IMG/VR virus record: IMGVR_UViG_3300002062_000002
Direction: 5' to 3' (one strand)
Origin: a virus
DNA length: 27,706 nucleotides
A program made the position numbers and the translations under genes. Of the stretch, positions 26,441 through 27,706 are shown piece by piece; the first letter of the stretch is position 1, and the number at the start of each line of letters is the position of its first letter. The notes under the pieces were generated by a model. The model was not told where the DNA came from, did no database searches, and worked only from the letters and a program-made list of their open reading frames with translations.

Positions 26441-27704
26441 CAAAAAAAAAAGTTATTTTCTTTTCATGGTACTCTACATGCTTAGGTATATTCCTCGCTA
26501 CCAGATAATCGAAATATAAATGAGATTCGGGATCATCGGTTATTTTACGAAGTCTCCCCACTGCTTGTAGATTGGCCTGACTAGAACTTATTGCCGTTGT
26601 CATAAGGCAGTATCGTAGATTGGGAATATCCACACCCGTACCCGCAGATTGAATAGTAGATACGGATATATCGGACTCCATTAACACGTCGTAGTCATCC
26701 TCCGCAACATATCGAGATACCTCCAATGTAGGATTTGTTTTAGCTAGGTACTGGGCTATAACACCGCACATCTCCGTTGTAGCTGCAAGAACCAAACATT
26801 TATATCCATCGTCTCTACGGGAACTATACCATTTATACACCATGGCATCAATGACGCCAAGATATTGTGCAATATAAATAGGTTTTTTCATGATGCTTTC
26901 TTCAAACAGAACATGGCTATACATTTTTTGTTGGTTAACATGACGAATCCTTTCGGGTTCATATAAATCATAATAAACCGACCTAACACGCACGTACCTA
27001 TCATAGTCCCCCTCTTTAAACCGCATTTCAGGTGGCCATTGTATACCCACCATGCGCATTCTAAAGTCGGAATCGGGTTTAATGGTAGCCGATAAAAATA
27101 TAGTCTTTGGGATATGTGCATATAAATCCATTTTGAACAAAGCGTGTTGGTTTTCATGCGCTTCATCCACCACCCGTAACCCAATGCCTAGTGTCCGCCA
27201 TAGATCAACGGGCTTGATGAGATACCCTCGCAACTTCCCCTCTTCATAAGCTTTATAAAATAACAACAACGTAGTTGTGCTAAAGATAATGGTCTTATAA
27301 TTAAACTCTCCCGCAATGGCCAGGTTAATTACATTCTTTAGCGCCTTAGCTCCACGTACCACACAAATGTCTTTCTTGGATAATTGATACGCTTCCTGTA
27401 TATCCCCCACCCATTTATCTATATATTTACCACCCATTTGAAAGGCCGTTAAGGTGCCCAATACCTCAGCGGCCTTAAGGGCACAAAAGGTATTATGGGT
27501 AACAATATAGTCATTAGTAATATATAGTTTATCTACGTCATTAAGCTCTATGCACTGCGATTCTTCACTGCCCACCCTACGGATATCTTTAATTGTTAAC
27601 TTAAGTCCCTTTGAGAACTCCGATAGGTTGGACACCTTTTCCTTACCCGCGCGAGATCTAAATAACTTTTCGGGTTCGGCACTGCGTATCTTTAATATAT
27701 ACCG
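26343..27704 (-). CDS. SF2 DEAH-box helicase (UvsW-like, phiKZ gp75-like), intein-containing, 5'-truncated
   Basis: Motifs VVDEAH, LSAT, STIQSAGTGVDIP and QAVGRLR. The frame is open to the window edge. The 3' end beyond about 26450 is doubtful. Confidence 0.88.
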   Translation of the reverse strand, partial: RYILKIRSAEPEKLFRSRAGKEKVSNLSEFSKGLKLTIKDIRRVGSEESQCIELNDVDKLYITNDYIVTHNTFCALKAAEVLGTLTAFQMGGKYIDKWVGDIQEAYQLSKKDICVVRGAKALKNVINLAIAGEFNYKTIIFSTTTLLLFYKAYEEGKLRGYLIKPVDLWRTLGIGLRVVDEAHENQHALFKMDLYAHIPKTIFLSATIKPDSDFRMRMVGIQWPPEMRFKEGDYDRYVRVRSVYYDLYEPERIRHVNQQKMYSHVLFEESIMKKPIYIAQYLGVIDAMVYKWYSSRRDDGYKCLVLAATTEMCGVIAQYLAKTNPTLEVSRYVAEDDYDVLMESDISVSTIQSAGTGVDIPNLRYCLMTTAISSSQANLQAVGRLRKITDDPESHLYFDYLVARNIPKHVEYHEKKITFFFAIVLLHLNPMGRPVNFVRALRPKTNLKTLRLG

Positions 27705-27706
27705 GT
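27492..27706 (-). mobile_element. Intein, C-terminal part, inserted at the Walker A motif of the helicase
   Basis: Blocks F/G read QCIELNDVDKLYITNDYIVTHN, followed by +1 Thr (TFCAL). The upstream YILKIRSAEPEKLF resembles the end of a LAGLIDADG/DOD endonuclease domain. Confidence 0.9.

Noticed and set aside
27633-27635. GTG start for a 430-aa helicase
   Set aside because: The frame stays open to the window edge and this position is inside the intein.
1-27706. CRISPR array, tRNA/rRNA genes, transposases, reassigned stop codons
   Set aside because: No periodic repeat-spacer pattern, cloverleaf or transposase motif was seen by eye. Standard-code ORFs tile the window densely and use all three stop codons.

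Overview
This window is a syntenic core block of a phiKZ-like jumbo phage (Chimalliviridae-type). It encodes: neck/tail/baseplate proteins (about phiKZ gp98-gp101 and gp87/gp88); internal head proteins with prohead-protease S/A/G-X-E sites (about gp84-gp93, including two paralogous inner-body proteins and an HEXXH protein); the exonuclease half of a split family B DNA polymerase (gp82-like); a virion RNA polymerase beta-prime fragment (gp80-like); a baseplate-hub/tail chaperone-like gene pair; and an SF2 DEAH helicase (gp75-like) interrupted by an intein at Walker A. The phiKZ gp assignments come from recalled synteny, sizes and motifs, not from a database search. The best candidate for something new is a programmed -1 frameshift (G-TTT-TTT, 22270-22276) that would fuse the 500-aa and 155-aa chaperone-like ORFs. 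Other notable signals are two recurring promoter motifs, hairpins followed by T(A/T)TGYC, an unannotated 58-aa membrane protein, and an anomalous helicase 3' end.
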